The notes below the pieces were generated by a model that did no database searches, had not been told where the DNA came from, and worked only from the letters and a program-made list of their open reading frames with translations. Below are positions 49,757 to 58,516 of a stretch of 64,000 bases of DNA, piece after piece. Position numbers and translations under genes: made by a program. Positions within the stretch are counted from its first letter, which is position 1; each line of letters begins with the position of its first letter. Source of the DNA: Acidimicrobiia bacterium (lineage in GTDB: Bacteria; Actinomycetota; Acidimicrobiia; Spongiisociales; ZC4RG35); the NCBI GenBank assembly GCA_965203555.1, contig CBDBCY010000004.1, positions 1,312,001-1,376,000 of the forward strand, given 5' to 3'.

Positions 49757-50812
49757 TCAGCCCCAGATGTCGCCGATGGTGTAGCCCTCGGGGAACGGGT
49801 CGGTGGGGTCCAGCACGTACTGGGCCATGCCGGTGATCCAGGCGGTTCCGGTGATGGTGGGAATGACCGCCGGGGTCCCGCCGACAGTTGTCTCTGTGAT
49901 CAGGCGTCCGGTGAACACGGTGCCCAGGGGGCCGTAGTGCCGGAAGTCCTCGCCGATCGCCAGTTCTCCGCGGGCATGGAGGACGGCCATGCGCGCCGAG
50001 GTCCCGGTGCCGCAGGGAGAACGGTCCAGGGCGCCCGTCCAGGTCTCCGGCCGGTCCCAGTCGAGATCGCCGGTGGCCACGGTGACCGCGTTCCTGGCCT
50101 CTCCCGCCTCCCGGTCGAAAGGCTCGGTGATCATGCCGATGCTGGCCCGGCGAATCTCGGGATTCTCGGGGTGGACCGCCTCCAGCTGCTCCCGCGCCGC
50201 CTGCTTGACCATGGCGCCCACGCGGGCCATCTCTCGGCCGTTCTCGGGGCGGATGGAGATGCCGAACCGCCGGGCGTCGGCGATGGCGAAGAACATCCCT
50301 CCCCAGGAAACGTCCACCTCCACCTCTCCCAGGGTGGGAATCTCCACGGTGGCGCCCAGGTGGACAGGGAAGGCGGGAACGTTCTCGAACGTCACTGCGG
50401 TGACCTTGCCACCCTCCACCCGCGCCTCGACGCCCAGCAATCCGGCGGGAGTCTCCAGCGTCAGTTCGGTCACAGGTTCCCGGGCAGACACCATCCCCGT
50501 CTCGACCAGCGCCGTAACAGTGCAGATCGTGTTGTGCCCCGACATGGGCGGATACTCGGTCTGTTCCATGATCACGAAACCGGCGTCCGCTCCGGGCACG
50601 GTGGGCGGCAGGACCAGATTGCAGTTGGCGGCCGGGTAACCGCGGGGTTCGCGGAGCATGAGCTTTCGAAGACCGTCGGCGCGCCCCTCCAGGTACTGCA
50701 TCTTCTCGAACATGGAAGCGCCGGGAACATCGCCCACCCCGCCGACGATCACCCTTGCGTGCTCTCCGGCCGCGTGCAGGTCCACCGCCTCGATCATCCG
50801 GTCCACTCTCAT
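49757..50812 (-). CDS. Proline racemase/hydroxyproline epimerase-family protein (Ser/Cys dyad)
   Basis: DLHAAGE, LREPRG, PMSGH (usually MCGH), DRSPCGTGTSA, DPTDPFPEG; GGAAGGAG SD. Confidence 0.92.
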   Translation of the reverse strand: MRVDRMIEAVDLHAAGEHARVIVGGVGDVPGASMFEKMQYLEGRADGLRKLMLREPRGYPAANCNLVLPPTVPGADAGFVIMEQTEYPPMSGHNTICTVTALVETGMVSAREPVTELTLETPAGLLGVEARVEGGKVTAVTFENVPAFPVHLGATVEIPTLGEVEVDVSWGGMFFAIADARRFGISIRPENGREMARVGAMVKQAAREQLEAVHPENPEIRRASIGMITEPFDREAGEARNAVTVATGDLDWDRPETWTGALDRSPCGTGTSARMAVLHARGELAIGEDFRHYGPLGTVFTGRLITETTVGGTPAVIPTITGTAWITGMAQYVLDPTDPFPEGYTIGDIWG

Positions 50813-50950
50813 AATCAAACGACTCCTTCCACGTTCGGGGCTCGGGCGAGATGCTTCGTTGAGAACATCCTGCTCGCCCTGAACATCGACTCCGTCGAAA
50901 TCATCATACGAGAAGGGGACGGCGCCCGCCCTTGTTACGCTCACCGGAAC

Positions 50951-52111
50951 ATGACGTCCAGCAACACACAAAAGGGCAAGGTCCAGACGGTCCTGGGAAC
51001 CATATCCGCCGACTCGCTCGGCATCACCCTTCCCCATGAGCACGTGCTGATCGACATGACCATGGGGCAGTCGTCGGCCGTGGCCCTCATCAGGTCGGGA
51101 GAATCGGCTCAGAAGGCCGGTGAGATACCGGAAGCGGGATGGGAGAAGGGACAGGACGGACCGGGCGTGGCCGCCTCCTGGACCGCCAAATGGGGACAGC
51201 CCATCACCTTGGAAAACCGGGGAGACGTGGCTCGCAACTGGTTCTACTACGGCGACTACCGGATCACCGACATCGACGACGTCATTTACGAGGCCAACCT
51301 GTTCAAGCGCCATGGCGGGACCTGCCTGGTGGACCAAACACCGCGCGGTCTGGCCCGCGATCCTCGGGGGCTGGCCCAGATCGCCCGCGCCACCGGGGTC
51401 CACGTGGTGATGGGCACCGGCTTCTACGCCTTCGAATTCCACCCCTCCAACATGTCGGACCTGGACATCTCCCGGTTGCAGGAGTTGATCACCGGCGACA
51501 TCGTGGTCGGAGTGGCGGGAGGCATAAAGGCGGGGATCATCGGAGAGGTGGGCCTCACCTGGCCGCTCCACCCCAACGAGGAGAAGGTCCTTCGGGCATC
51601 GATCCGGTCACAAAAGGAGACCGGCTGCGCTCTCTCCATCCATCCCGGCTTCAGCGCCGATTCCATCTGGGACACGGTCAGGATCGTGGAGGAGGAGGGA
51701 GGGGACCTCTCCCGGACCATCATCTGCCACCTGGAGCACCGCCTTCCCTCCCGGCCCGCCCCCCACTCCTTCGACCCGGCGCCGTTCCTGGAGTTGGGCG
51801 CCACCGGGGTGAACCTCTCCATCGACTGTTTCGGCTGGGAGCAGTCCTACCGCCAGCGCGGCCCCGTCGACATGGCCAACGACGCCATCCGGCTCAACTA
51901 CCTGATGGCCCTGGCGGAGGCCGGCCATCAAGAGCAGTTGCTGATCTCAAGCGACCTTGCCCTTCAGCACTGGCAGCGCAAATACGGCGGACACGGCTGG
52001 CAGCACATACCCGAAACGGTCCAGCAACTGATGCGCTACAAGGGATTCGACCAGGGTCTGATCGACCAGATCCTTATCGAGAACCCCCGCCGCTTGCTGA
52101 CTTTCGTTTAA
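50951..52111 (+). CDS. Phosphotriesterase-like (PTE/PLL) amidohydrolase, paralog 1
   Basis: QTVLG, ITLPHEH, GTGFY, GIIGEVG, SIHPG, ICHLE, LISSD, ENPRRLL; TGT-TACGCT extended -10 shortly before the ATG. Confidence 0.9.
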   Translation: MTSSNTQKGKVQTVLGTISADSLGITLPHEHVLIDMTMGQSSAVALIRSGESAQKAGEIPEAGWEKGQDGPGVAASWTAKWGQPITLENRGDVARNWFYYGDYRITDIDDVIYEANLFKRHGGTCLVDQTPRGLARDPRGLAQIARATGVHVVMGTGFYAFEFHPSNMSDLDISRLQELITGDIVVGVAGGIKAGIIGEVGLTWPLHPNEEKVLRASIRSQKETGCALSIHPGFSADSIWDTVRIVEEEGGDLSRTIICHLEHRLPSRPAPHSFDPAPFLELGATGVNLSIDCFGWEQSYRQRGPVDMANDAIRLNYLMALAEAGHQEQLLISSDLALQHWQRKYGGHGWQHIPETVQQLMRYKGFDQGLIDQILIENPRRLLTFV

Positions 52112-52362
52112 CATCTGCGGTTTCTCGCAACAGGGGATGAAGTTGACCCGCAGCATCGCGAAGCGACGCCGGCCGGTGGGGGAGTTCCGCGTTGGCGCGG
52201 CGCGCAGGGGGCTGCGTTCAGGGTGATAACCCACCGAAACCGGGGTGATTCCCCACAGGAACCAGGGAGAAACCCCATGGACAAGCAGTCTCGGACGCCC
52301 CATAGTTTTTAAGACATGAGCAACAGAACGACATCACTTGGCCAGATGGACCCCCTGCGCCG

Positions 52363-53313
52363 ATGACCGTGAGCAGCGAACCCACGGGTCGGGGAGTCGC
52401 CGACGCGCCGATCATCGAAACCCGGGACCTCCACAAACATTTCGGGAAGGTCCGCGCTCTGGCCGGCGTCGATCTCACCGTCCCACCCGGCATAACCGGA
52501 TTGGTGGGGGCCAACGGGGCGGGCAAGACCACCCTGATCAGATTGTTGTTGGGTTTGACCGCGCCAACCTCCGGACATGTGGCGGTGTTCGGAACACCGG
52601 TTTCCAAAGATGCGGCCGGCCTGCGGGCCAGGATCGGCTACATGCCGGAGGGCGCCTGCCTCCCCCGCGACCAGACGGCGGCCGACTTCGTGGCGTACGC
52701 GGCGGAACTGGCCGGAATCCCATCGACCGAGGCCCGGCGGCGCGCCTCCGAAACCCTGTTCCTGGTGGGACTGCACGAGGAACGATTCCGCTATCTCGGG
52801 GACTTCTCGACCGGTATGCAACAACGCGTGAAACTGGCCCAAAGCATCGTGCACGATCCCAAGTTGGTGCTCCTCGACGAGCCCGCCTCCGGCCTCGACC
52901 CCGCGGGGCGCGACCAGATGCTGGAGGTCATCAATCGCTTCCGCGAGTTCGGCATGAACGTCCTCTTTTCCTCCCACCTCCTGGACGACATCGAGCAGAC
53001 CTGCGACTGGGTGGTGATGCTGGATGGCGGCCGGTTGCTCCGCTCCGCCCCTCTCGAACCTCCCAGCGACGGCGCCTCCGTGTCGGTGGAGGTCTTCGGC
53101 GATCCCCGGCCGCTGGTAGCCGCCCTCACCGAACAAGGTCTCGAAATCACCTACGCCGGTCGGGTCGTGACGGCCGCGAGTTCCTCGGAGGATGTGTTCG
53201 TCGCGGTGCGTGACGCGCTGGCGGCTTCCGGCTCATCGGTCCGGGCGATGGGGACTGATCTGAGAAGCCTGGAAGACGTGTTCGTGGCGGCCACGAAGCA
53301 GTCCCATGACTGA
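52363..53313 (+). CDS. ABC-2 exporter ATP-binding subunit
   Basis: GANGAGKTT, FSTGMQQR, LLDEP, SSH, SLEDVF. Confidence 0.92.
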   Translation: MTVSSEPTGRGVADAPIIETRDLHKHFGKVRALAGVDLTVPPGITGLVGANGAGKTTLIRLLLGLTAPTSGHVAVFGTPVSKDAAGLRARIGYMPEGACLPRDQTAADFVAYAAELAGIPSTEARRRASETLFLVGLHEERFRYLGDFSTGMQQRVKLAQSIVHDPKLVLLDEPASGLDPAGRDQMLEVINRFREFGMNVLFSSHLLDDIEQTCDWVVMLDGGRLLRSAPLEPPSDGASVSVEVFGDPRPLVAALTEQGLEITYAGRVVTAASSSEDVFVAVRDALAASGSSVRAMGTDLRSLEDVFVAATKQSHD

Positions 53314-54220
53314 GTCTCCGAGGACCGGTCAAGACCCGGCGATCATCCTCGACCGCGGCTACCGCAGCTACCACGGGCCCCGCACCGGGCGGCGCGGCGC
53401 CATGGCAGCGATAGTCAAAGAGGGATACCGGCGGGTACTGGGGCTTCGGCGAAAAGCAAAACGCAAGTTGTTCCCCTGGACGCTCATCGCGCTGGCGCTG
53501 GGGTCGGCGGTGGTCCTGGTGGCAATAGAGTGGGTCTCATCCAGCCTGCCCGTCTCGCTGGACACGTCGGACCTCTTCCCGCGATACGCCGGATACTTCG
53601 ATTTCATCTCGAACGTCGCCCTGCTCTTCGCCGCCTTCACCGGTCCCCAGTTGCTGGCGCCCGATCGCACCCAGGGAGTGCTGAACGTCTACTTCTCGAG
53701 ACCCCTGGGAGTCCGCGACTACCTGGTGGCCAAGGGGGCTACGTTCGCCGCGGTCATCCTGAGCTTCTGGCTGGTTCCACAACTCCTTCTCCACCTGGGA
53801 TACGCCGCCCTTTCGCCGGCCGGGTTTCTCTCCTACCTCGGCGAGACCACCGACATCCTGTGGAAAGTCCCCGCGGCCGCACTCGTCTACTTCACGCTGC
53901 ATGCCTCGCTGGCCTTTCTGGCCGCCTCATTCGCCAAGCGGGTGGGCACTGCCGCGGCGGGGTTCATAGCGGTGTTGTTGGGCCTCAACCTCGTCGCCCT
54001 CCTCTTCCAGGAGGCAAGTTCAGCGCCCGGCGCCCGGTGGACCTCGTTGCTGGCGCTGGAACAACACCCGCGACATGTCCGTGACTGGATCTTCGACCTG
54101 GACTCCACGGTGATCCCGGCGCAGGCCGGCTTCAGCCCCGAAGCCTCGCTGATGGTGGTGATCGGCCTGGCCGTCATCGGCGTTCTGCTGGTGGGTTGGC
54201 GATACCGGAGGCTGACGTGA
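53306..54220 (+). CDS. ABC-2 exporter permease
   Basis: About six TM helices; DR..G.L..YFSRPL...DY..AK motif. Confidence 0.85.
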   Translation: MTESPRTGQDPAIILDRGYRSYHGPRTGRRGAMAAIVKEGYRRVLGLRRKAKRKLFPWTLIALALGSAVVLVAIEWVSSSLPVSLDTSDLFPRYAGYFDFISNVALLFAAFTGPQLLAPDRTQGVLNVYFSRPLGVRDYLVAKGATFAAVILSFWLVPQLLLHLGYAALSPAGFLSYLGETTDILWKVPAAALVYFTLHASLAFLAASFAKRVGTAAAGFIAVLLGLNLVALLFQEASSAPGARWTSLLALEQHPRHVRDWIFDLDSTVIPAQAGFSPEASLMVVIGLAVIGVLLVGWRYRRLT

Positions 54221-55173
54221 CCGGAGCACCTGCCGCCATGGACGCGCGGGACGTCTCCGACGCCACGGTGGTTGCCACCGACCTTTCGAAGTGGTTCGGG
54301 CAGAAGGTGGCGGTCTCGGAGGTGAGTTGCTCCTTCGGACCGGGGGTAACGGGGCTGCTGGGGCCCAACGGGGCGGGCAAGACCACCCTGCTGAGGGTGC
54401 TGGCCGGTCTGCTGGCGCCCTCCGCCGGCAGGGCGACCATTCTGGGCCGGACCCCGAAGAAACATCACGGCGTCTACCGACACGTCGGATTCGTGCCCGA
54501 AGACGAGGCGGTCTACAACCACATGACCGCCCGCCGCTTCGTCGAGTGGAGCGCGGCGCTCTCCAAGGTGAACGATGCGAGGTTCGCTGCGCGGCGGGTG
54601 CTGGAGACGGTCCAACTCACTGAAGACGCCCACCGCCCCCTTTCGGGATTCTCGAAGGGTATGCGGCAGCGGGCCAAGGTCGCGGCCGCCTTGGTCCACG
54701 ATCCGCAGGTCCTGATACTCGACGAACCCCTCAACGGGACCGATCCGGTCCAGCGCGCCCGCCTGATCGATCTTTTCGTACAACTGGGAAGGGAGGGAAA
54801 AACCATCATCGTCTCTTCCCACGTGCTGGCCGAGGTCGAGCGCACGGCCGCCAGGGTGGTGGCCATGGTCAACGGCCGCCTTGCAGCCGCGGGATCCGTG
54901 GCCGCCCTTCGCGACGCCATGTCCGACACTCCACGCCTGATCCGCATCGACACCGACCGGCCACGTGAACTGGCCCGGCGGCTCCTGGTCGGTGATTGGG
55001 TGGAAGCCGTACGCGTCGATCCCGCCGGGATCGAGGTCAGAACCAGCGACGCAGGCGCCCTCGGGCTTGACATCGCGGTGGCTGCCCGCCAGACCGATTC
55101 GGTGGTTACGGCCGTGTCCGCCGAGGACGATTCGCTGGAGAGCGTCTTCCGCTACCTGGTGGAGCAGCGGTGA
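54217..55173 (+). CDS. ABC-2 exporter ATP-binding subunit
   Basis: GPNGAGKTT, FSKGMRQR, ILDEPLNG, SSH, DDSLESVFRYLV; GTGA overlap. Confidence 0.92.
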   Translation: MTGAPAAMDARDVSDATVVATDLSKWFGQKVAVSEVSCSFGPGVTGLLGPNGAGKTTLLRVLAGLLAPSAGRATILGRTPKKHHGVYRHVGFVPEDEAVYNHMTARRFVEWSAALSKVNDARFAARRVLETVQLTEDAHRPLSGFSKGMRQRAKVAAALVHDPQVLILDEPLNGTDPVQRARLIDLFVQLGREGKTIIVSSHVLAEVERTAARVVAMVNGRLAAAGSVAALRDAMSDTPRLIRIDTDRPRELARRLLVGDWVEAVRVDPAGIEVRTSDAGALGLDIAVAARQTDSVVTAVSAEDDSLESVFRYLVEQR

Positions 55174-55931
55174 GGGCTTTTTTGCTGATCACGCGCTCGG
55201 TGATGGGCCGGTTGCTCGGCCTTCGTCGGTCGATCGGGCTCATCGTGCTGACCGGTTCCATTGCTCCAATACTCCTGGTGCTGGCGCCCGGGCGCTCGGG
55301 CGACCAGGTGGCCACCCTGTACAACGACATCACCGTCGGCCTCGGACTGTCGATCCTCTTCCCGGTTGCCGCCCTGGTCGTGTCGACCGCCGCGCTGGGC
55401 GAGGAGCGGAAGTCCCGCACCCTTCCTTTCCTGCTTCTGAAACCGGTCTCCCGATGGGTGATCTCTCTGGGAGTCGTCACAGCCTCGGCCCTGGCTTCCT
55501 TCGTGATTCTGCAGGCCGGCGTGCTGGCGTCCTGGATCGTGGCTGCCGCCGTGACCGGAGACTGGTCGATCGGGGTTTCCACCACCGTGGCGGCAGCAGT
55601 GCAGAGCGTGGCGTCGGCTGCCCTGTTCGTTCCCCTGGGCCTGGTACTCGGCCGCGCCGCCCTGGTGGGCCTCGGCTACCTGCTGATCTGGGAAGTGACC
55701 CTGGGTGACGTGATTGAAGGGATCCAGGCTTCGTCGATCTACCGCATCGTCGTCTCTGCCTGGGCGGACCTGGCCGCCATGACACCCGACAATCTCGACA
55801 CCGTCTACGAGGTGCTGGGTCGGGTGGAAGTCGGCGTGGGAGGCGCAGTCGCCAAGGCCACCGTGCTGGCGATTGTCTCAGTGGCCGTCACCGGGTTGCT
55901 GCTCAGGCGTGGGGACCTGGTCCCCGAATAG
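55170..55931 (+). CDS. ABC-2 exporter permease
   Basis: Multiple TM helices; GEE....TL.FLLLKPVSR motif; GTGA overlap. Confidence 0.85.
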   Translation: MRAFLLITRSVMGRLLGLRRSIGLIVLTGSIAPILLVLAPGRSGDQVATLYNDITVGLGLSILFPVAALVVSTAALGEERKSRTLPFLLLKPVSRWVISLGVVTASALASFVILQAGVLASWIVAAAVTGDWSIGVSTTVAAAVQSVASAALFVPLGLVLGRAALVGLGYLLIWEVTLGDVIEGIQASSIYRIVVSAWADLAAMTPDNLDTVYEVLGRVEVGVGGAVAKATVLAIVSVAVTGLLLRRGDLVPE

Positions 55932-56022
55932 ATCTCACGTTACATCCCATCCGACGCCAGCCTACCCCACCACTGCCAAACGTAGGACCGTCGGCCCCCT
56001 CTCTGACACTCCTGGCGCTCTC

Positions 56023-56028
56023 TACAAT
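56023..56028 (+). promoter_or_regulatory. Probable -10 box (TACAAT) of a leaderless transcript
   Basis: TACAAT lies 8 nt before ATG 56037 and no SD is present. Confidence 0.5.
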
Positions 56029-56036
56029 GGTGGGCC

Positions 56037-57188
56037 ATGACTACCCGGAGCGGCAAGATCCAGACCGTTCTGGGACCTGTCCCTCCCCACTCGGTGGGCA
56101 TCACCCTCCCCCATGAGCACGTGCTGATCGACATGACCGCCGGACAGTCATCGGCCGCCGCCCTGCTGGGTTCGACCGAATCGGTGGAGAGAGCTTCCGC
56201 CCAGCCCGAGGCGGGATTGGAACCCGGGCAGAACGGGCCCGGAGTGGCCGCCTCTTTCACCACCAAGTGGGGGAAACCGGTCACGCTGGACACCCGCGCC
56301 GACATCGAACGCTACTGGTTCTTCTATGGAAACTACCGGCTCACCGATATTGACGACGTCATCTACGAGGCAAACCTTTTCAAACGCCACGGCGGATCCT
56401 GCCTGGTGGACCAGACCCCCCGCGGACTGGCCCGCGACCCCCGGGGACTGGCCCAGATCGCCCGGGCCACCGGAGTGCATGTCGTCATGGGAACCGGCTT
56501 CTATTCCCAGCACCACCATCCCTCCAATATGTCGGAGTTGAGCATCTCCCGGTTGCAGGAGTTGATAACCGGTGACATCGTCGACGGCGTGGCGGGAGGC
56601 GTCAAAGCCGGGATCATCGGGGAGGTGGGGCTGTCCTGGCCGCTCAGTCCCAACGAGGAAAAGTCCCTGCGGGCCTCCATACGGTCCCAGAATGAGACCG
56701 GCGCTCCCATTTCCATCCACCCCGGATACAGCCCCGACTCCGTATGGGACGCGATCCGCATCGTGGACGAGGAAGGGGGAGACCTGTCCCGGATCGCTTT
56801 TTCCCACGTCGAACACCGGCTGCCGTCCCGCCCGGCGCCCCATTCCTTCGATCCGGCGCCCTTTCTGGAGTTGGCCGCCACCGGGGCAAGCCTGCTGCTG
56901 GACGGATTCGGCCGGGAGGCCTCCCACCGCCAGCGCGGACCGATCGATGATCCCAACGACGCGGTGCGGCTCAACTACCTGATGGCCCTGGCCGAATCCG
57001 GTTACGAGCAGCAACTGCTGATTTCCCACGATCTCGCCCTGCAGCACTGGTACCGCCGCTACGGTGGGTTCGGGTGGCAGCACATCCCCGAGACAGTCCA
57101 GCAACTTATGCGCTACAAAGGATTCGACCAGGATCTGATCGACCGGATCCTCATCGAAAACCCCCGCCGCCTGCTTACATTTCCATAG
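56037..57188 (+). CDS. Phosphotriesterase-like amidohydrolase, paralog 2
   Basis: Same motifs as 50951-52111 (PHEH, IGEVG, SIHPG, FSHVE, ISHD) with long identical peptide blocks. Confidence 0.9.
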   Translation: MTTRSGKIQTVLGPVPPHSVGITLPHEHVLIDMTAGQSSAAALLGSTESVERASAQPEAGLEPGQNGPGVAASFTTKWGKPVTLDTRADIERYWFFYGNYRLTDIDDVIYEANLFKRHGGSCLVDQTPRGLARDPRGLAQIARATGVHVVMGTGFYSQHHHPSNMSELSISRLQELITGDIVDGVAGGVKAGIIGEVGLSWPLSPNEEKSLRASIRSQNETGAPISIHPGYSPDSVWDAIRIVDEEGGDLSRIAFSHVEHRLPSRPAPHSFDPAPFLELAATGASLLLDGFGREASHRQRGPIDDPNDAVRLNYLMALAESGYEQQLLISHDLALQHWYRRYGGFGWQHIPETVQQLMRYKGFDQDLIDRILIENPRRLLTFP

Positions 57189-57210
57189 ACCCCCACCCCG
57201 TAGGAGAACC

Positions 57211-57681
57211 ATGTCCACAACAGAGGAGACCCGAGCGGTCGTCGAACGCTTCATTCTCGAAGGAGAGAAAGACTTTCCCGTGACCAGCGCCAACCTGGAA
57301 GTCTTCAAGACCAACCTCCGGGCACTGTTCGAAGAACTGGTCCACCCCGACATCGTGCTGCACGGCGTACCGGGAGTCCCACGGGGAAGAGACCTGTGGT
57401 ACGACTTCTACTACAAACTTGGGATCGCTTTCCCCGACTCGGCCACCACCCTCAACGTCATGGTGGTGGAGAACGACAAGGCGGCGGTCGATTGGACCTG
57501 GGAGGCAACCCACTCGGCGCCGCTGATGGGGATCCCGCCCACGGGGATCAAGCTGGCGGTGCGGGGAATGACCATCGAAAGGGTGGAGAACGGTCAGATC
57601 GTCGAGCACTGGGCTGTCATCGATCAACTGAGCTGGCTCCAACAACTGGGAGTCATCTCCTCGGACCTGTCCGTCAACTGA
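57211..57681 (+). CDS. SnoaL-like/ester-cyclase protein, paralog 3
   Basis: VHPDIVLH, AFPD, ATH....GIPPTG, ENGQIVEHW..D.LSWLQQLG; AGGAG SD. Confidence 0.88.
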   Translation: MSTTEETRAVVERFILEGEKDFPVTSANLEVFKTNLRALFEELVHPDIVLHGVPGVPRGRDLWYDFYYKLGIAFPDSATTLNVMVVENDKAAVDWTWEATHSAPLMGIPPTGIKLAVRGMTIERVENGQIVEHWAVIDQLSWLQQLGVISSDLSVN

Positions 57682-57697
57682 ACGAGAGGAGTTGAAA

Positions 57698-58195
57698 ATG
57701 CCAGACCCACAGACCGAAGAAACTCGCCGGATCGTCAAGCGCTTCACCCTCGACTGTGAAAAAGACTTTCCTCTCACCGATCCGTCCGACGACAGTTGGA
57801 AGGACCGCCTTTGGGAGTTGTTCGAGGAACTGGTCCACCCCGACATAGTCCTGCACGGCGTCCCCGGGCTGAAGCAGGGATACCGCCCCTGGTACGACCG
57901 GTTCGTCTCGGTGGGCGCCAACTTCCCCGACGGCCTCACCACCATCGATGTGCTAACCGCTGAGGGAGACAAGGCCACCATGGTGTGGACGTGGGAGGCA
58001 ACCCACAGCCGGGAGGTGATGGGCGCTGCGCCAACCGGCAACAAGATCAGGGTCCAGGCCGTCATGGTCCAGCGGGTGGAGGATGGAAAGATCGCCGAGC
58101 ACTGGGTGGGATTCGACTCGCTGCGCTGGTTGGAACAATTGGGGTTGGTGGGCGGCGATGTCTCCGCCATCGGAAAGGGACATGCTGTTGGATAA
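57698..58195 (+). CDS. SnoaL-like/ester-cyclase protein, paralog 4
   Basis: VHPDIVLH, NFPD, AEGDK, PTGNKI, EDGKIAEHW..D.L.WLEQLG; AGGAG SD. Confidence 0.88.
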   Translation: MPDPQTEETRRIVKRFTLDCEKDFPLTDPSDDSWKDRLWELFEELVHPDIVLHGVPGLKQGYRPWYDRFVSVGANFPDGLTTIDVLTAEGDKATMVWTWEATHSREVMGAAPTGNKIRVQAVMVQRVEDGKIAEHWVGFDSLRWLEQLGLVGGDVSAIGKGHAVG

Positions 58196-58250
58196 TCCCC
58201 AGCATCCATCGGTGGTTGTGGTGGGGTTTCCCGGATTAATACTGTAAAGT

Positions 58251-58375
58251 GGCTCATCGATTTCAGAGGGGTGTGATGGTTGCGAAGAGGTTCCAGTTGG
58301 GTTTTCCGGCGTAGAGAAGAGCGCTGATTCGGTAGTTGGCGAAGTTTCGGAACCCGAACGCTGCTCGTTGATCCG
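58251..58375 (-). mobile_element. ISL3-family relic: transposase C-terminus plus terminal repeat
   Basis: Minus strand reads RAAFGFRNFANYRISALLYAGKPNWNLFATITPL*; a GGCTC-type ISL3 end lies at 58251. Confidence 0.75.
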
Positions 58376-58516
58376 ATGCTCCTTATCGTTGTCAAGGTTT
58401 TGTTGTGGGGCGAGCCCTGTGAGCCATCTCTCATAGCGGGTGGCTAGTTGAGGGTTGCGGTGTGGTGTTGGCCTCGTTCAAGTGAGATGCGGGAACCTCA
58501 ATAAATCAGCGGCCTC

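Noticed and set aside
49724-52111. 795-aa (+) and 604-aa (-) overlapping ORFs as large fusion proteins
   Set aside because: The extensions are antisense read-through in high-GC DNA; family motifs begin at 50951 (+) and 50812 (-).
52207-52300. MITE between PTE paralog 1 and the ABC exporter (GGGGC...GCCCC ends)
   Set aside because: The inverted match is too short and imperfect for GC-rich DNA; no second copy in the window.
57175-58434. 419-aa minus-strand ORF and many similar long antisense or Arg/Pro-rich frames
   Set aside because: Shadow ORFs opposite well-supported genes, with no motifs or RBS; expected at this GC content.
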